Source of the DNA: Candidatus Sulfomarinibacteraceae bacterium
GTDB taxonomy: Bacteria > Acidobacteriota > Thermoanaerobaculia > Thermoanaerobaculales > Sulfomarinibacteraceae
Assembly (NCBI GenBank): GCA_963796455.1
Contig: CAWCLO010000001.1
Span: 231,372-295,371, forward strand
Direction of reading: 5' to 3'
DNA length: 64,000 nt
Position 1 is the first letter of the stretch. Each line of letters opens with the position of its first letter. A model generated the notes under the pieces. That model saw only the letters and a list, made by a program, of their open reading frames with translations, did no database searches and had not been told where the DNA came from. A program made the translations under genes and the position numbers. This document shows positions 15,267 through 24,944 of the stretch, piece by piece.

Positions 15267-16916
15267 TCAGTCCGAGTGGGATCGGTCCAAACCAACCAAC
15301 CGCTCCTGCATCTTGTTCGCGGTCATGAGATCGCCCTTGGCGGAAGAAACCTCGATTCCGTCGCGATAGATTTGCCGGGCGGTTTCGATATCGCCCGCGC
15401 CCTCGTGGGCCCGGCCGAGAACCAGCAGGGCCGCCGAGTAGCGTGGATCATTGCTCAGGGCACGCTTCAGGTGTTCGATCGCATCGTCGAAACGAGCCTC
15501 CTCCACCGCCAGTTCTCCGAGCCCGAAATTGGCCAGGGCGTCATCCGGGTCGAGGTCGAGGACCTGGCGGAAGAGCTCCGCCCGCCGGCCGCGATCCACG
15601 GCGGCCGCCTCGGCCTCTTCGGCTTCGACCCGCTGGCGATCGCGATCGATCTGTTCACGTTTCATTCCGGCGCGCATCGCTTCTCCCGCCTCGCGCTCGG
15701 CATCATCGATCCGACCGAGCTGGTTGTAATACAACGAGAGATTGGTGTGCGCCATCACCGAGGTCGGTTCCACCTCGAGTAGACGGGTCATCAACCCGAT
15801 GGCCTCGTCGTAATTTCCATGCCGGCCGTGAATGACCCCAAGGGATTCGTAGGCGTCGGCGTAGCCGGGGCACACCGCAATGGCCCGCTCGAAGAGCCGC
15901 ATCGCCTCCCCTTCGCGATCGGCGGAGAACTCGGCCGCCGCCCTGACCGTCAGGTCATGGGCCCACTCTTCGGGAACAGGCGCCGCCAACAGGGGAAAAC
16001 TGCGCACGAGCACTTCGATCGACTGCCCCGCCTCGGTAAGGCATTCGAGCCGCCGGCCTTCGACGCGAAGATCGCGGATCAAGCGAGCCGTCAGGTAGGA
16101 GCGGCCGTGCCACACCGCACAAGCCACGATCTCACCCGCACGATCTTTCTGCCCTGTCGCAATGGTCTGACCGACAAGCCCTTCGAAATCGGCGTCGTCG
16201 GACACCACTTCGAGCACCATCGGTGCCCTTGCAGCACCACGGCCGCTCGCCACCTTGGCGACTGTTTCCTGGCCGAGATAACAACCCTTGTCAAAGGAAA
16301 CCGCGGCATCGATCAGGGTCGTTTCGTGAATCGGGGTCCCCTGCCGCAGCTCCACACCCCAACGGGCCAGACCCGAAAGAAGGCTGCGATGGACGAACTC
16401 ATCCGGATCCAGATGCGGCAGATCGAGATCTGCGCCGCTCCAGCTCACGAATCCCCGACTCCCCCACCCGGTGATCGGAACAGACGATTCGCGCGGGATC
16501 TCGTTCATCAGCCGAAGTGCCTCAGCACCAAGTGCGAGGTCGAGCTGTCCGGCATCGATCTCGCGGATCGTGACGTCGTCGGCAATTACGAAAGCCTCGA
16601 GCTGCGCCACCATGTGTTCCCCTGCACCACCGGGCATCAGAAGCTCGATGCGATCCGCCTTCTTACATAGGTAACCGAAGGCTTGCAGGCGCCCGGAGCG
16701 GTCCAACAGCGCCGTCAGCTGCGATGACCCGACCTCGAGCCCCCGGACATCCGAGGTGAGCTGGCTGTGAAGAAAGCGCTCGCGGTGCTGCCCTTCAACG
16801 GCAAAAACCCGCCAGCCGTCGAGGGGTATCTGAGCGCCGCCGAAGAGGAGGCGGTCAGACGCTGAAGGATTCACCGCAACCGCAGGTGTTGGTGGCATTG
16901 GGGTTGACGAAGACAA
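15267..16916 (-). CDS. YgfZ/GcvT-like folate-binding protein fused to C-terminal TPR repeats
   Basis: It has the YgfZ signature KGCYLGQE (SFDKGCYLGQETVAKV). The C-terminal ~200 aa are TPR-like (YESLGVIHGRHGNYDEAI..., NFGLGELAVEEARFDDAIEHLKRAL). The start is uncertain, because the ORF start overlaps the upstream gene by 62 nt. Confidence 0.8.
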   Translation of the reverse strand: MSSSTPMPPTPAVAVNPSASDRLLFGGAQIPLDGWRVFAVEGQHRERFLHSQLTSDVRGLEVGSSQLTALLDRSGRLQAFGYLCKKADRIELLMPGGAGEHMVAQLEAFVIADDVTIREIDAGQLDLALGAEALRLMNEIPRESSVPITGWGSRGFVSWSGADLDLPHLDPDEFVHRSLLSGLARWGVELRQGTPIHETTLIDAAVSFDKGCYLGQETVAKVASGRGAARAPMVLEVVSDDADFEGLVGQTIATGQKDRAGEIVACAVWHGRSYLTARLIRDLRVEGRRLECLTEAGQSIEVLVRSFPLLAAPVPEEWAHDLTVRAAAEFSADREGEAMRLFERAIAVCPGYADAYESLGVIHGRHGNYDEAIGLMTRLLEVEPTSVMAHTNLSLYYNQLGRIDDAEREAGEAMRAGMKREQIDRDRQRVEAEEAEAAAVDRGRRAELFRQVLDLDPDDALANFGLGELAVEEARFDDAIEHLKRALSNDPRYSAALLVLGRAHEGAGDIETARQIYRDGIEVSSAKGDLMTANKMQERLVGLDRSHSD

Positions 16917-17211
16917 ATCCCTTGCCCATCAATCCATCCTGAAAATCGAGGGTGATTCCCTTGAGATAGATGGTCGACTTGGGGTCGAGAAAAACCCGGA
17001 AACCGTCGAAATCCAGGATCGAGTCGTCGGGCCGCTGGTCACCGAAGTTCATCTCGTAGGACAGTCCCGAGCATCCACCACCGATCACTCCCAGCCGCAA
17101 TCCGGCGGCGGCCTTTTGTTCCTCGCGCTCGAAAATGGCCCGGATTTCCCGCTGCGCCTTTTCGGTCAGGGTGACCAGGGAGGACGGTGCGACCGTCGAT
17201 TGCTGACTCAT
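16855..17211 (-). CDS. IscA/ErpA (HesB) family A-type iron-sulfur carrier
   Basis: GGGCSGLSY and the C-terminal CGCGESFSV motif; 118 aa. Confidence 0.9.
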   Translation of the reverse strand: MSQQSTVAPSSLVTLTEKAQREIRAIFEREEQKAAAGLRLGVIGGGCSGLSYEMNFGDQRPDDSILDFDGFRVFLDPKSTIYLKGITLDFQDGLMGKGFVFVNPNATNTCGCGESFSV

Positions 17212-17618
17212 GACCCCGTACCCTCCACAACCCGCTGCAGTTCACCCGAGTGGTACATCTCGGTGACGATGTCGTTACCGCCAATGAACTCACCACGTAC
17301 ATAGACCTGGGGAAAGGTCGGCCATCCCGCGATCGTCTTGGCGGCGGCCCGGATGCCTTCGTCGGACAAAACGTCAAAAGTCCGATACGGCACTCCGACA
17401 GCATCCATGACTGCGACCGTATTGGCCGAAAAACCGCATTGCGGCTGTTGCGGGGTCCCCTTGATCAACAGAAAAACCTCGGTCGATTCCATCATGGCGC
17501 GGACCCGTTGGGCCGGGTCAACGCCTGCATGACTGTCGGCCACCGGCCGGCCCATCGCGTTGTCGGGCTCCGCCATCGAGGCCACCTTGAACGGATTGTC
17601 TCCACTTCGATCCATCAC
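17208..17618 (-). CDS. grxD: Grx4-family monothiol glutaredoxin
   Basis: CGFS active site (GTPQQPQCGFS) and WPTFPQVYVRGEFIGG. Its stop makes an ATGA overlap with the next gene. The true start is probably internal. Confidence 0.85.
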   Translation of the reverse strand: MMDRSGDNPFKVASMAEPDNAMGRPVADSHAGVDPAQRVRAMMESTEVFLLIKGTPQQPQCGFSANTVAVMDAVGVPYRTFDVLSDEGIRAAAKTIAGWPTFPQVYVRGEFIGGNDIVTEMYHSGELQRVVEGTGS

Positions 17619-17734
17619 ACCTCCAGGGTGTATTTCATTGATTCAACCGGCCGCATCCGCTTCGGGCACGGCCGCCATACGATGAAACATGAGACACAGT
17701 GTCATCAATTCCCGGCAACGGTACTCTTGGTGCC

Positions 17735-18388
17735 ATGAATCGCTACGACGACCTCTACCGGCAGACCCCAGACGTCTTCGGGCCCCTGGCCGATCCGATT
17801 CTCGAAAGATTCACGGATCTCATCGACAGCACGCGGCCGGTCCTCGATATCGGATGTGGCCAGGGTCGAAACAGCCTCTTTCTCGCACGAAGAGGGATCG
17901 CCGTCCACGCACTCGATCCATCCGCCGAGGCTGTGCGCACGGTGGCAGAGGGGGCGGAGCACCAGAGGCTGTCGATCCAGACCGTTCACGGCGGTTTCGA
18001 CGATGTCGTACCGGTAGCCGGCGGCTTCGGCACGATCCTCGTCTTTGGCCTGATTCCGGACCTCCGCCGAGAACAGGTCTCGAGGCTCGCGGCGGCCGTG
18101 GAGCAGCATCTGGGGCCGGGCGGCCTGCTCTTCATCACTGCCTTCGGCACGTGGGATCCCTCGTACGAACGTCACCGGAGCGATTGGACGGAGGCCGAAG
18201 AGAATTCCTACTGCTCGTTGGACGGTTTGATCCGGACCTATCTCGAACCGGGTGAGCTGGCGGCACTCTTTCCCGCAATGACGGTGCTTCACTCGTGGGA
18301 GGGGTTGGGCCCCGAACACCGCCACGGCGACGGGCCCCTCGAGCGCCACGGCAGGGCAGAGGCGGTGCTGCGCCAAACGACTTCATGA
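17735..18388 (+). CDS. class I SAM-dependent methyltransferase (TehB-like)
   Basis: SAM motif VLDIGCGQGRNSLFLA. Start taken at M13 of the ORF. Confidence 0.75.
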   Translation: MNRYDDLYRQTPDVFGPLADPILERFTDLIDSTRPVLDIGCGQGRNSLFLARRGIAVHALDPSAEAVRTVAEGAEHQRLSIQTVHGGFDDVVPVAGGFGTILVFGLIPDLRREQVSRLAAAVEQHLGPGGLLFITAFGTWDPSYERHRSDWTEAEENSYCSLDGLIRTYLEPGELAALFPAMTVLHSWEGLGPEHRHGDGPLERHGRAEAVLRQTTS

Positions 18389-18687
18389 TGTCATCCTGAG
18401 CGGATGCGGCGCCGAGCGGCGGCAGATTATTCTGTCGCCCTTTCAGGGCTCTCTTCATTTTTGATCCCGAATATCTGGGTCTCACGCCCCAGGCTATTCT
18501 CTGTCGCCGCTTCGCGGCTTTGCTTCACCGTCATCAAAAAACTGGTTCCCCGGATAACCCGTGGGCGGGCCCTAAAGGACCCGCCTACAGAATCTATGCT
18601 GATCTCGAGCTGTCGGCGCGTGCCAGGACACACCGGCAAGGCAGAGGCTGAACTGCGACGAGGGGATTCATGATGTCATCCTGAGCG
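18382..18687. repeat. composite repeat unit bounded by a 21-nt direct repeat TTCATGATGTCATCCTGAGCG
   Basis: The 21-mer is exact at 18382-18402, where it contains the methyltransferase TGA stop, and at 18667-18687. The interior holds the ~76-nt element (reverse copy of 5991-6066) and the hairpin GGGCGGGCCCTAAAGGACCCGCC. Confidence 0.85.
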
Positions 18688-18756
18688 AAGCGCCTTTTGC
18701 GCGAAGTCGAAGGATCTAAGCGACTCACTCTGGTTGACGACTCGATCATCGGATCT

Positions 18757-18822
18757 CCCCTTCTCACCGTCTCCCTTTCTCCCCTTCTCCCCTTCCCCCT
18801 TTCTCCCTTTTACCCTTTCGGG
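18757..18822 (-). repeat. octamer tandem array (TCCCTTTC/TCCCCTTC, reverse complement of GAAAGGGA)
   Basis: A C/T-only run with 8-nt periodicity. It belongs to the same family as 36914-36972, in the opposite orientation. Confidence 0.85.
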
Positions 18823-18887
18823 AACGGGATCGGTATCGAGCACGGAGACGCGACCGGGCCGGGGGTGCTAAGCTCCCCGGCAATTCA

Positions 18888-19793
18888 ATGAGCCCTGATC
18901 AAGCCCCCGTCATCGAGCGTCTGGACCAGCTCCAGCTCCTGGTCGTCACCGGCAAAGGAGGGGTGGGCAAAAGCACGGTCTCGGCGGCCCTCGGCGCGCT
19001 CCTCGCCAACCGCGGGCGCAAGGTTCTTTTGATCGAGGTCGACCCGAGGGAAAACCTCCACCAACTGCTCGACACGCCCCCCTCGGGTGGAGAGATCGTT
19101 TCCGCGGCTTCGAATCTCTGGCTGCAACACGTCGATCCGCGGGCCCTGCTCGACGATCTCGTGCGCGAAAAGCTCAAGGTCGGCGCGCTGGTTCGGAAGG
19201 TTTTGTCGAGCCAGGTCTACCTCCACTTCACTGAGGGCGCACCGGGTCTCAAACAAACCGCCGTATTCGGTCGCGCGCTGCGGATGGTGCAGGGCCACGG
19301 CCCGAAGCAACTGCGGCAGCCGGATGTCGTCATCCTCGACGCACCCGCGTCCGGCCACGGCATCGCCTGGATGGCGGCGCCGCAGCTCGTGTCGGAAGTC
19401 ATTTCGAGCGGGCCGATCGGCCACATGGCCACCGAGATCGCCACTTTCCTCGAGGATCGAGAGAGCTTTGGTTCGGTGGTCGTGACATCGGCCGAAGAGA
19501 TGCCGATTCAGGAGGCCCTGGAGCTGCTCGACGCCATGCAGACCCGGCTCGACCGGCAACCCGAACTCGTGGTCGTCAACGCCGTCTACCCACCGCTTCC
19601 GGCACGGGCGGGCCGCGACAAGACGACCCGTCTGTGGGCCCGTCGCCGGGCGGTCAATGAACACGAGCTGTCCCGACTTGAAGAACACTGGCGGGGCCCC
19701 ATGGCTGAGGTTCCGTTGGAACCAATCGACGCAGGACCTGTTCTCGTCGGAGTCGTCGGGGAGCACCTCGCACGAGCCCTGGAAGACGCTTGA
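18888..19793 (+). CDS. ArsA/Get3-family P-loop ATPase (first of a pair)
   Basis: Deviant Walker A TGKGGVGKST. 301 aa, with a 4-nt overlap onto the next gene. Confidence 0.8.
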   Translation: MSPDQAPVIERLDQLQLLVVTGKGGVGKSTVSAALGALLANRGRKVLLIEVDPRENLHQLLDTPPSGGEIVSAASNLWLQHVDPRALLDDLVREKLKVGALVRKVLSSQVYLHFTEGAPGLKQTAVFGRALRMVQGHGPKQLRQPDVVILDAPASGHGIAWMAAPQLVSEVISSGPIGHMATEIATFLEDRESFGSVVVTSAEEMPIQEALELLDAMQTRLDRQPELVVVNAVYPPLPARAGRDKTTRLWARRRAVNEHELSRLEEHWRGPMAEVPLEPIDAGPVLVGVVGEHLARALEDA

Positions 19794-20857
19794 TGGATCC
19801 GCGACGGAATCCTCTCGTGATCGTTGTCGGCTCGGGCGGAGTCGGGAAGACCACGCTTGCCGCAGCGATGGGCATCCGCTCGGCGCACAAAGGTGAGGAC
19901 ACCCTGGTCATGACCTTCGACCCGTCGCTGCGCCTCAAGGACGCCCTGGGTGTCGGCGACGAGGCGCGTCTCAAAGAGACCCGGGTCGCCATCGACGGGC
20001 CGGGCGCCCTGTCGGCGAGCCTGCTCGATGCCCGCACCACCTTCGACGGAATCATCGACCGCTACTCACCCGACGACGACGCTCGGAAGCGGATTCTCGA
20101 GAATCGTTTTTATGATCGCCTGTCGGCGAATCTGGCCGGAATTCTCGAATACATGGCCTCGGAGAGGCTTTTCGAAGCCTCCCAGACCGGGGCCTATTCG
20201 CGCATCATCCTGGACACTCCTCCAACCCGGCAGGCCCTCGATTTTCTCGGCGCCCCAGAACGTATCGTCGGCTTCCTCGACTCGGGCGCTCTGCGCATCG
20301 CGCTCAAACCGTGGTTCGGCAGCGACGGAAAACTCAAGGTGACTTCCCGGCTCGGTGTCCTCGGTCGCAACGTCGAGGGATTTTTCGACCGTATGGTGGG
20401 TCTCGAACTGCTGCGCGACATGGCCGAGTTTTTCCAGGCCTTCGCCCCCCTCTTCGACGGGTTCAAGGAACGGGCCCTTCAGGTGCAGGAGCTGCTGCGA
20501 TCGAAACAAACACTCTTCGTCCTCGTCTCGGGCCCCGGCAGCGGTCGGGTGGCCGATACTCTCTTTTTCGCGCGCAAGCTCACCGAAGAGGGGTACCACC
20601 TCGGCCCGATCGTCATCAACCGGGTGCACCCCGAGCTCCCCCCGGTTCGAGACACCGCGAACGAAGGCCGCAGGCTCCTGACCTGGCTCGGCAATCGGGA
20701 CCACGAAGGGGTCGCCGAACTTCGCGACCTGGTTGGTGAGACCCACCCGGTGATCGAGATCCCGCTGATGGAGGACGAACCGACGGGGCTCGATTCGCTG
20801 GCAGTCCTCGGCGAGATGTTTGAAGAAAAACTGGAGGAACAGCTGAGTAAGGATTGA
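19790..20857 (+). CDS. ArsA/Get3-family P-loop ATPase (second of a pair)
   Basis: GSGGVGKTT P-loop, TFDPS and DTPPT motifs typical of the ArsA/Get3 fold; 355 aa. Confidence 0.8.
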   Translation: MMDPRRNPLVIVVGSGGVGKTTLAAAMGIRSAHKGEDTLVMTFDPSLRLKDALGVGDEARLKETRVAIDGPGALSASLLDARTTFDGIIDRYSPDDDARKRILENRFYDRLSANLAGILEYMASERLFEASQTGAYSRIILDTPPTRQALDFLGAPERIVGFLDSGALRIALKPWFGSDGKLKVTSRLGVLGRNVEGFFDRMVGLELLRDMAEFFQAFAPLFDGFKERALQVQELLRSKQTLFVLVSGPGSGRVADTLFFARKLTEEGYHLGPIVINRVHPELPPVRDTANEGRRLLTWLGNRDHEGVAELRDLVGETHPVIEIPLMEDEPTGLDSLAVLGEMFEEKLEEQLSKD

Positions 20858-20872
20858 AACGGATTTCAAGAC

Positions 20873-20893
20873 GCTGGATCCTGGATGCTGGAT
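20873..20893 (+). repeat. heptamer array (GCTGGAT/CCTGGAT) x3
   Basis: It lies 15 nt after the stop at 20855-20857 and belongs to the CTGGATG family. Confidence 0.85.
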
Positions 20894-20927
20894 ACGCCCA
20901 CACGACTCGGTTTCAGAGGGAGCACAA

Positions 20928-21446
20928 ATGAAAAAAATAGCCGTGATCGTTGCAACAATCATAGTGGTCGGTTTTTCGTCGTGGGTCGGTGCCGGCGATG
21001 ACGAGGTCTTTGCCCAACCGGAGACGATGCTCCGCGAGATCTACTCCGCAGTATCGAGCGAGCTCGGAAAGGAACCCGACTGGGACCGGGTGCGATCGTT
21101 CTTCCACCCCGACGCGGTGATCGTTCTGCGAGCGACACCCGAGGAGACCTCGGTCATGGATGTGGAAGGATTCATCCGGGACTTCCAGAATTTTTACACC
21201 CGAATCAACCCTGAAGAAAAGATTTTCAAGGAGAAAGTGGTCTCGGTCAAGGTCTTGCCCTACGGCAATATCGCCTATGGCGAGGTGGTCTACGAAGCAG
21301 GAGTCACACCTTCTGAACGGCCGGCTCAGCGGGGTCTCGACGCCTGGCATCTGGTCAAAGAGAACGGCCGCTGGTGGTTCACCTCGGTGGTCAACGACAA
21401 CGAACTCATCGCGGGCCCGATCCCGAAAGAGGCCTTCGCCGACTAA
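20928..21446 (+). CDS. hypothetical secreted protein (possibly NTF2/SnoaL-like fold)
   Basis: It has a signal or anchor N-terminus, MKKIAVIVATIIVVGF. The tail WHLVKENGRWWFTSVV resembles DUF4440/SnoaL-like proteins, so the fold call is tentative. Confidence 0.6.
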   Translation: MKKIAVIVATIIVVGFSSWVGAGDDEVFAQPETMLREIYSAVSSELGKEPDWDRVRSFFHPDAVIVLRATPEETSVMDVEGFIRDFQNFYTRINPEEKIFKEKVVSVKVLPYGNIAYGEVVYEAGVTPSERPAQRGLDAWHLVKENGRWWFTSVVNDNELIAGPIPKEAFAD

Positions 21447-23724
21447 CCTGAGAGTCCAACCCGCTCACGAATCTGTTGAAACCTCGGGTCGTCCCGCAAC
21501 GGATCCAGATACGGAAGGAACAATTGGGCCGTCAGGGGATCGCCGACGGTGACCGCCCTGTCAAGCCACACGAAGGCAGCCTCGATTTGACCGAGGCCCA
21601 CTTGCACCTGCACGATCCCCATGGGGCGGATATACGCACCATCGGGTTTCGACATCAACTCCTCGAGGATCTGTTCGGCCTCTTCGCGCCGCCCCGCGAT
21701 ACCATATACCCACCCCAACCAACCGAGATAAAAGCTGCTGCGTTCGGAGATCACGGCGGCCCGCTCGGCCACGGCAACGGCCTCATCGTACCGACCCAGA
21801 GCGCCGTAGGTAGCGGTCAGAATCCATAAGGTCAGAAGGTAGTCGGAGTCGATATCGATCGCTCCATCGAGGGCGGCCAGCGCCTCTTCGGTTCGACCGG
21901 CGGCAAGCAAGGAGAGCCCGAGGGCAGAGTGGGCATAGGGCGAAAGAGGATCGAGATCGACGGCTCTTTCCGCCATGGCCGTCCCTCGTCATAACGTTCG
22001 GTCCAGGAGAGGGCCATGCTGAACCAGCTATAGGCAAGAATGAAGGATGGATTGGTCTCGATCGCAACCCTGAACTCTCTTTCGGCACCCTCCCAATCCC
22101 AGTCGAGAAATGTGTGTTTGAGGGCCACCGCCGCGCGAACCTCTGCCACATCCGGATCCAGTGCCAGTGCGCGCTGGATCGCCGCGTCGGCCTTGGCATT
22201 GGCCAGACTCGGTTCGAGACCATAGAAACCAAGACTGGCGTAGGCGTTCGCTACGCCTGCGTGCGCCAGAGTATAGGAAGGGTCCTCTTCGGCGGCCTGT
22301 TCGAAAAAGCTCACCGCCTTTTCCAACGAGTCTGTTTCCCGTTTGTACCAGTTGTGGAGACCCTTCAGATAGAGCTGATACGCCTCGACGGAAGCTGTCG
22401 GCCGTTTAATATCTTCTTTCGAGCTTCCTCCGAGCTTCACCATCAGCGCTTCCACAACCCGTTCGGAGATCTCATCCTGGAGGGCAAAGATGTCGTCCAT
22501 TTCCCGGTCGTATCTCTCGGACCAGAGCTGGAATCCGTTGTCCACATCCACCAATTGAACGCTGACACGCACTCTTTTCCCCGCAGTTCGGACACTTCCC
22601 TCGAGCACGGTCTTGACCTTGAGTTTTCTCCCGACCTCCCGGGCATCGCTTTCTTTTGGATCGAATTGAAATGCCGAGCTTCTCGCCGCGACGCGGAGCC
22701 CGTCGATCATCGCCAACGCATTGATGATCTCTTCCGCCATGCCCTCGCAGAAGTACTCCTGTTCCGGGTCGGGGCTGGTATTGGAGAAGCGCAGGACCGC
22801 CACCGACGACGGTTCCTCGCCAGTGTCTTCGCCAACCTCTACGATCCCCGAATGGTGGCTTTCGGAATCGCTTTGAGTGGCGGTCTTGAGGGCAAAGGCA
22901 AGATCGCTCGCGGTCTGAAATCGGTCGCTGGCGTTCTTTTCCAAACAGCGGCTGACGATCCTCCACAGACCCGGCGAGATCACGCTCCCGACACCCGTGG
23001 GCTCCGGTGGATCCTCTCCCAGAATGGCGCCGATGACATCCGCCGAACTCTCGCCCCGGAACGGACGAACTCCGGCAATCAGTTCGTAGAGAACCACTCC
23101 AAAAGAAAAGATATCGCTGCGGTGATCCACCGGCTTACCGCGCACCTGCTCCGGCGACATGAAACCGATGGTTCCGACCACCGGTCCCGGCAGACTCAAC
23201 CCTAAGGTCAGCTCCGTCGAACCCGAATCTCCAGCATCGGGCAAGACCAGCTGCTGGGCCAGTCCGAAATCCAGGATCTTGACCAGACCGTCCCGGGTCA
23301 GGAAGATGTTTTCTGGTTTGAGGTCACGATGCACAATGCCGCGGGTGTGGGCCGCCACCAGCCCGCCGGCGATCTGGAGGCCGATCTCGACCGCCTTTGA
23401 GGGCGCCAGACGAATCTCATCCATGTTCTGCCGCAGAGTCTGACCTTCAAGCAGTTCCATCACAGCGAAGGCCTTGCCCTCGATTCGTCCGAAATCGTGA
23501 ATCGCCAAAATATTCGGATGGGAAAGGGCCGCCACACTCTGGGCTTCCTTTTCAAAACGATCCAGAGCGGCCGAGTCAGTCGCCAGCTTTTCATTGAGGA
23601 CCTTGACCGCCACGTCCCTTTTGAGGCGGGTGTCCGTGGCGCGATAGACCTCCCCCATTCCGCCGGCCCCGAGAAGGTCGACGATCACATACGAACCAAT
23701 GGAGGTGCCTTTGCTGAGTATCAT
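21443..23724 (-). pseudogene. Ser/Thr protein kinase with C-terminal TPR domain, apparent frameshift near 21960-21990
   Basis: Kinase motifs are GAGGMGEVY, VAVK, HRDLKPENI and DFGLA. The TPR region continues in another frame: ORF 21832..23724 ends ...SWTERYDEGRPW, while ORF 21443..21976 begins MAERAVDLDPLSPYAH, in the same repeat register. Confidence 0.75.
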
Positions 23725-23861
23725 CCCGCGTCACATCCTGGAGATCCGGTCTCATGATACATGAGCAAACCAAACGATCGGTCCTTCCCGAAATCCTCCG
23801 TGAATATTAAGAATCGCTAATCGAGCAACGGGCCGACGGGAGGTGTGATACAAAACGCCCC

Positions 23862-24795
23862 ATGAAGTACGAATCGTCCGCTCTCACCCGTTTTGCGTTC
23901 GTCCTCCTGCTTTCCGCCACTGCCCTCTCCTGCACCGAGGCGCCGGTCCCGGTCGACCCGGCCTACGCCGCCGAGGTCGAACAGTGGCGAATCGATCGCC
24001 TCAAGAGGCTCACCGCCGCAGGACGGGTGGCTTTCATTGACCGGTTTGTACTGGCTCGAGCCGGGAGAAAACCGTTTTGGTTTCGCCAACGACAGCGCCG
24101 TCGTACTCCCGGACCCGAAGGTGCCCGAGATCGCCGGTCTGCTGGTCCTCGGTCCCGAAGGCGAAGTGGCTGCGATGGCCGAGGAGGGCTCCGGGGTCGC
24201 TCTGAACGGTGAACCGATGATCGAACCGGCGATCCTCGCCACCGATGCGGATGGCCGCCCAGACGTCATCACCGCCGGTCGTATCCAGTTTCACATCATC
24301 AAGAGGGGCGACAAAATAGGAGCGCGAGTCAAAGATCCAGAGGCGGCGTCTCGCCTGGCCTTCGACGGAATTTCCCATTTTCCGATCGACCCGACTCTCA
24401 AGGTGGGCGCTCGTTTCGAAGCTTATGGAGAAGCACGCGAAGTTGCGATCCCAACCGTCCTCGACCAGGACACCACCATGCTCGCCTTCGGTCTGTTGCA
24501 TTTCTCGATCGACGGAAAAGACCTGACGCTCGAGCCGTATATGGGAAGCGCCGATTCCGAGTCGATGTTTCTGATCTTTCGAGATGGCACTTCCGGCGTC
24601 ACCACCTACGGTGCCGGTCGCTTCATGTCGGTGGCGGCGGCGGACAAAGACGGCAAGACCGTGCTCGATTTCAACTACGCCTACAACCCGCCCTGTGCCT
24701 TCACGCCCTACGCGACCTGCCCGCTGCCGCCACCGCAGAATGTGCTGTTTGTACCGATCGAGGCGGGTGAAATGTATACCGGAGAGGCGCACTAA
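23862..24795 (+). pseudogene. DUF1684-domain protein, apparent frameshift near 24005-24030
   Basis: The signal peptide and N-terminus (MKYESSALTRFAFVLLL...EQWRIDRLKRL) are in one frame (ORF 23862..). The conserved body (DGWLSLTGLYWLEPGENRFG...YNPPCAFTPYATCPLPP) is in the +1 frame (ORF 23893..24795). Confidence 0.75.
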
Positions 24796-24799
24796 TCGA

Positions 24800-24820
24800 C
24801 TGGATGCTGGATGCTGGGTC
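24800..24820 (+). repeat. heptamer array (CTGGATG) x3
   Basis: It starts 4 nt after the TAA stop at 24793-24795. Its inverted partner lies at 25713-25741. Confidence 0.9.
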
Positions 24821-24944
24821 ACTCGAGTCCAAGACAGAGTCTCAGACGGCGATCAGGGACGGCGACAGCGATCAGCCTCAGCGACAGGGATCCGCGATCA
24901 GTGTTCAGCGTCAGCGAACAGTCATCAGCGACAGCAAACGGCAC

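Noticed and set aside
18888-20857. Arsenic resistance operon.
   Set aside because: Only ArsA-family ATPase folds are present. No arsB/acr3, arsC, arsD or arsR is nearby.
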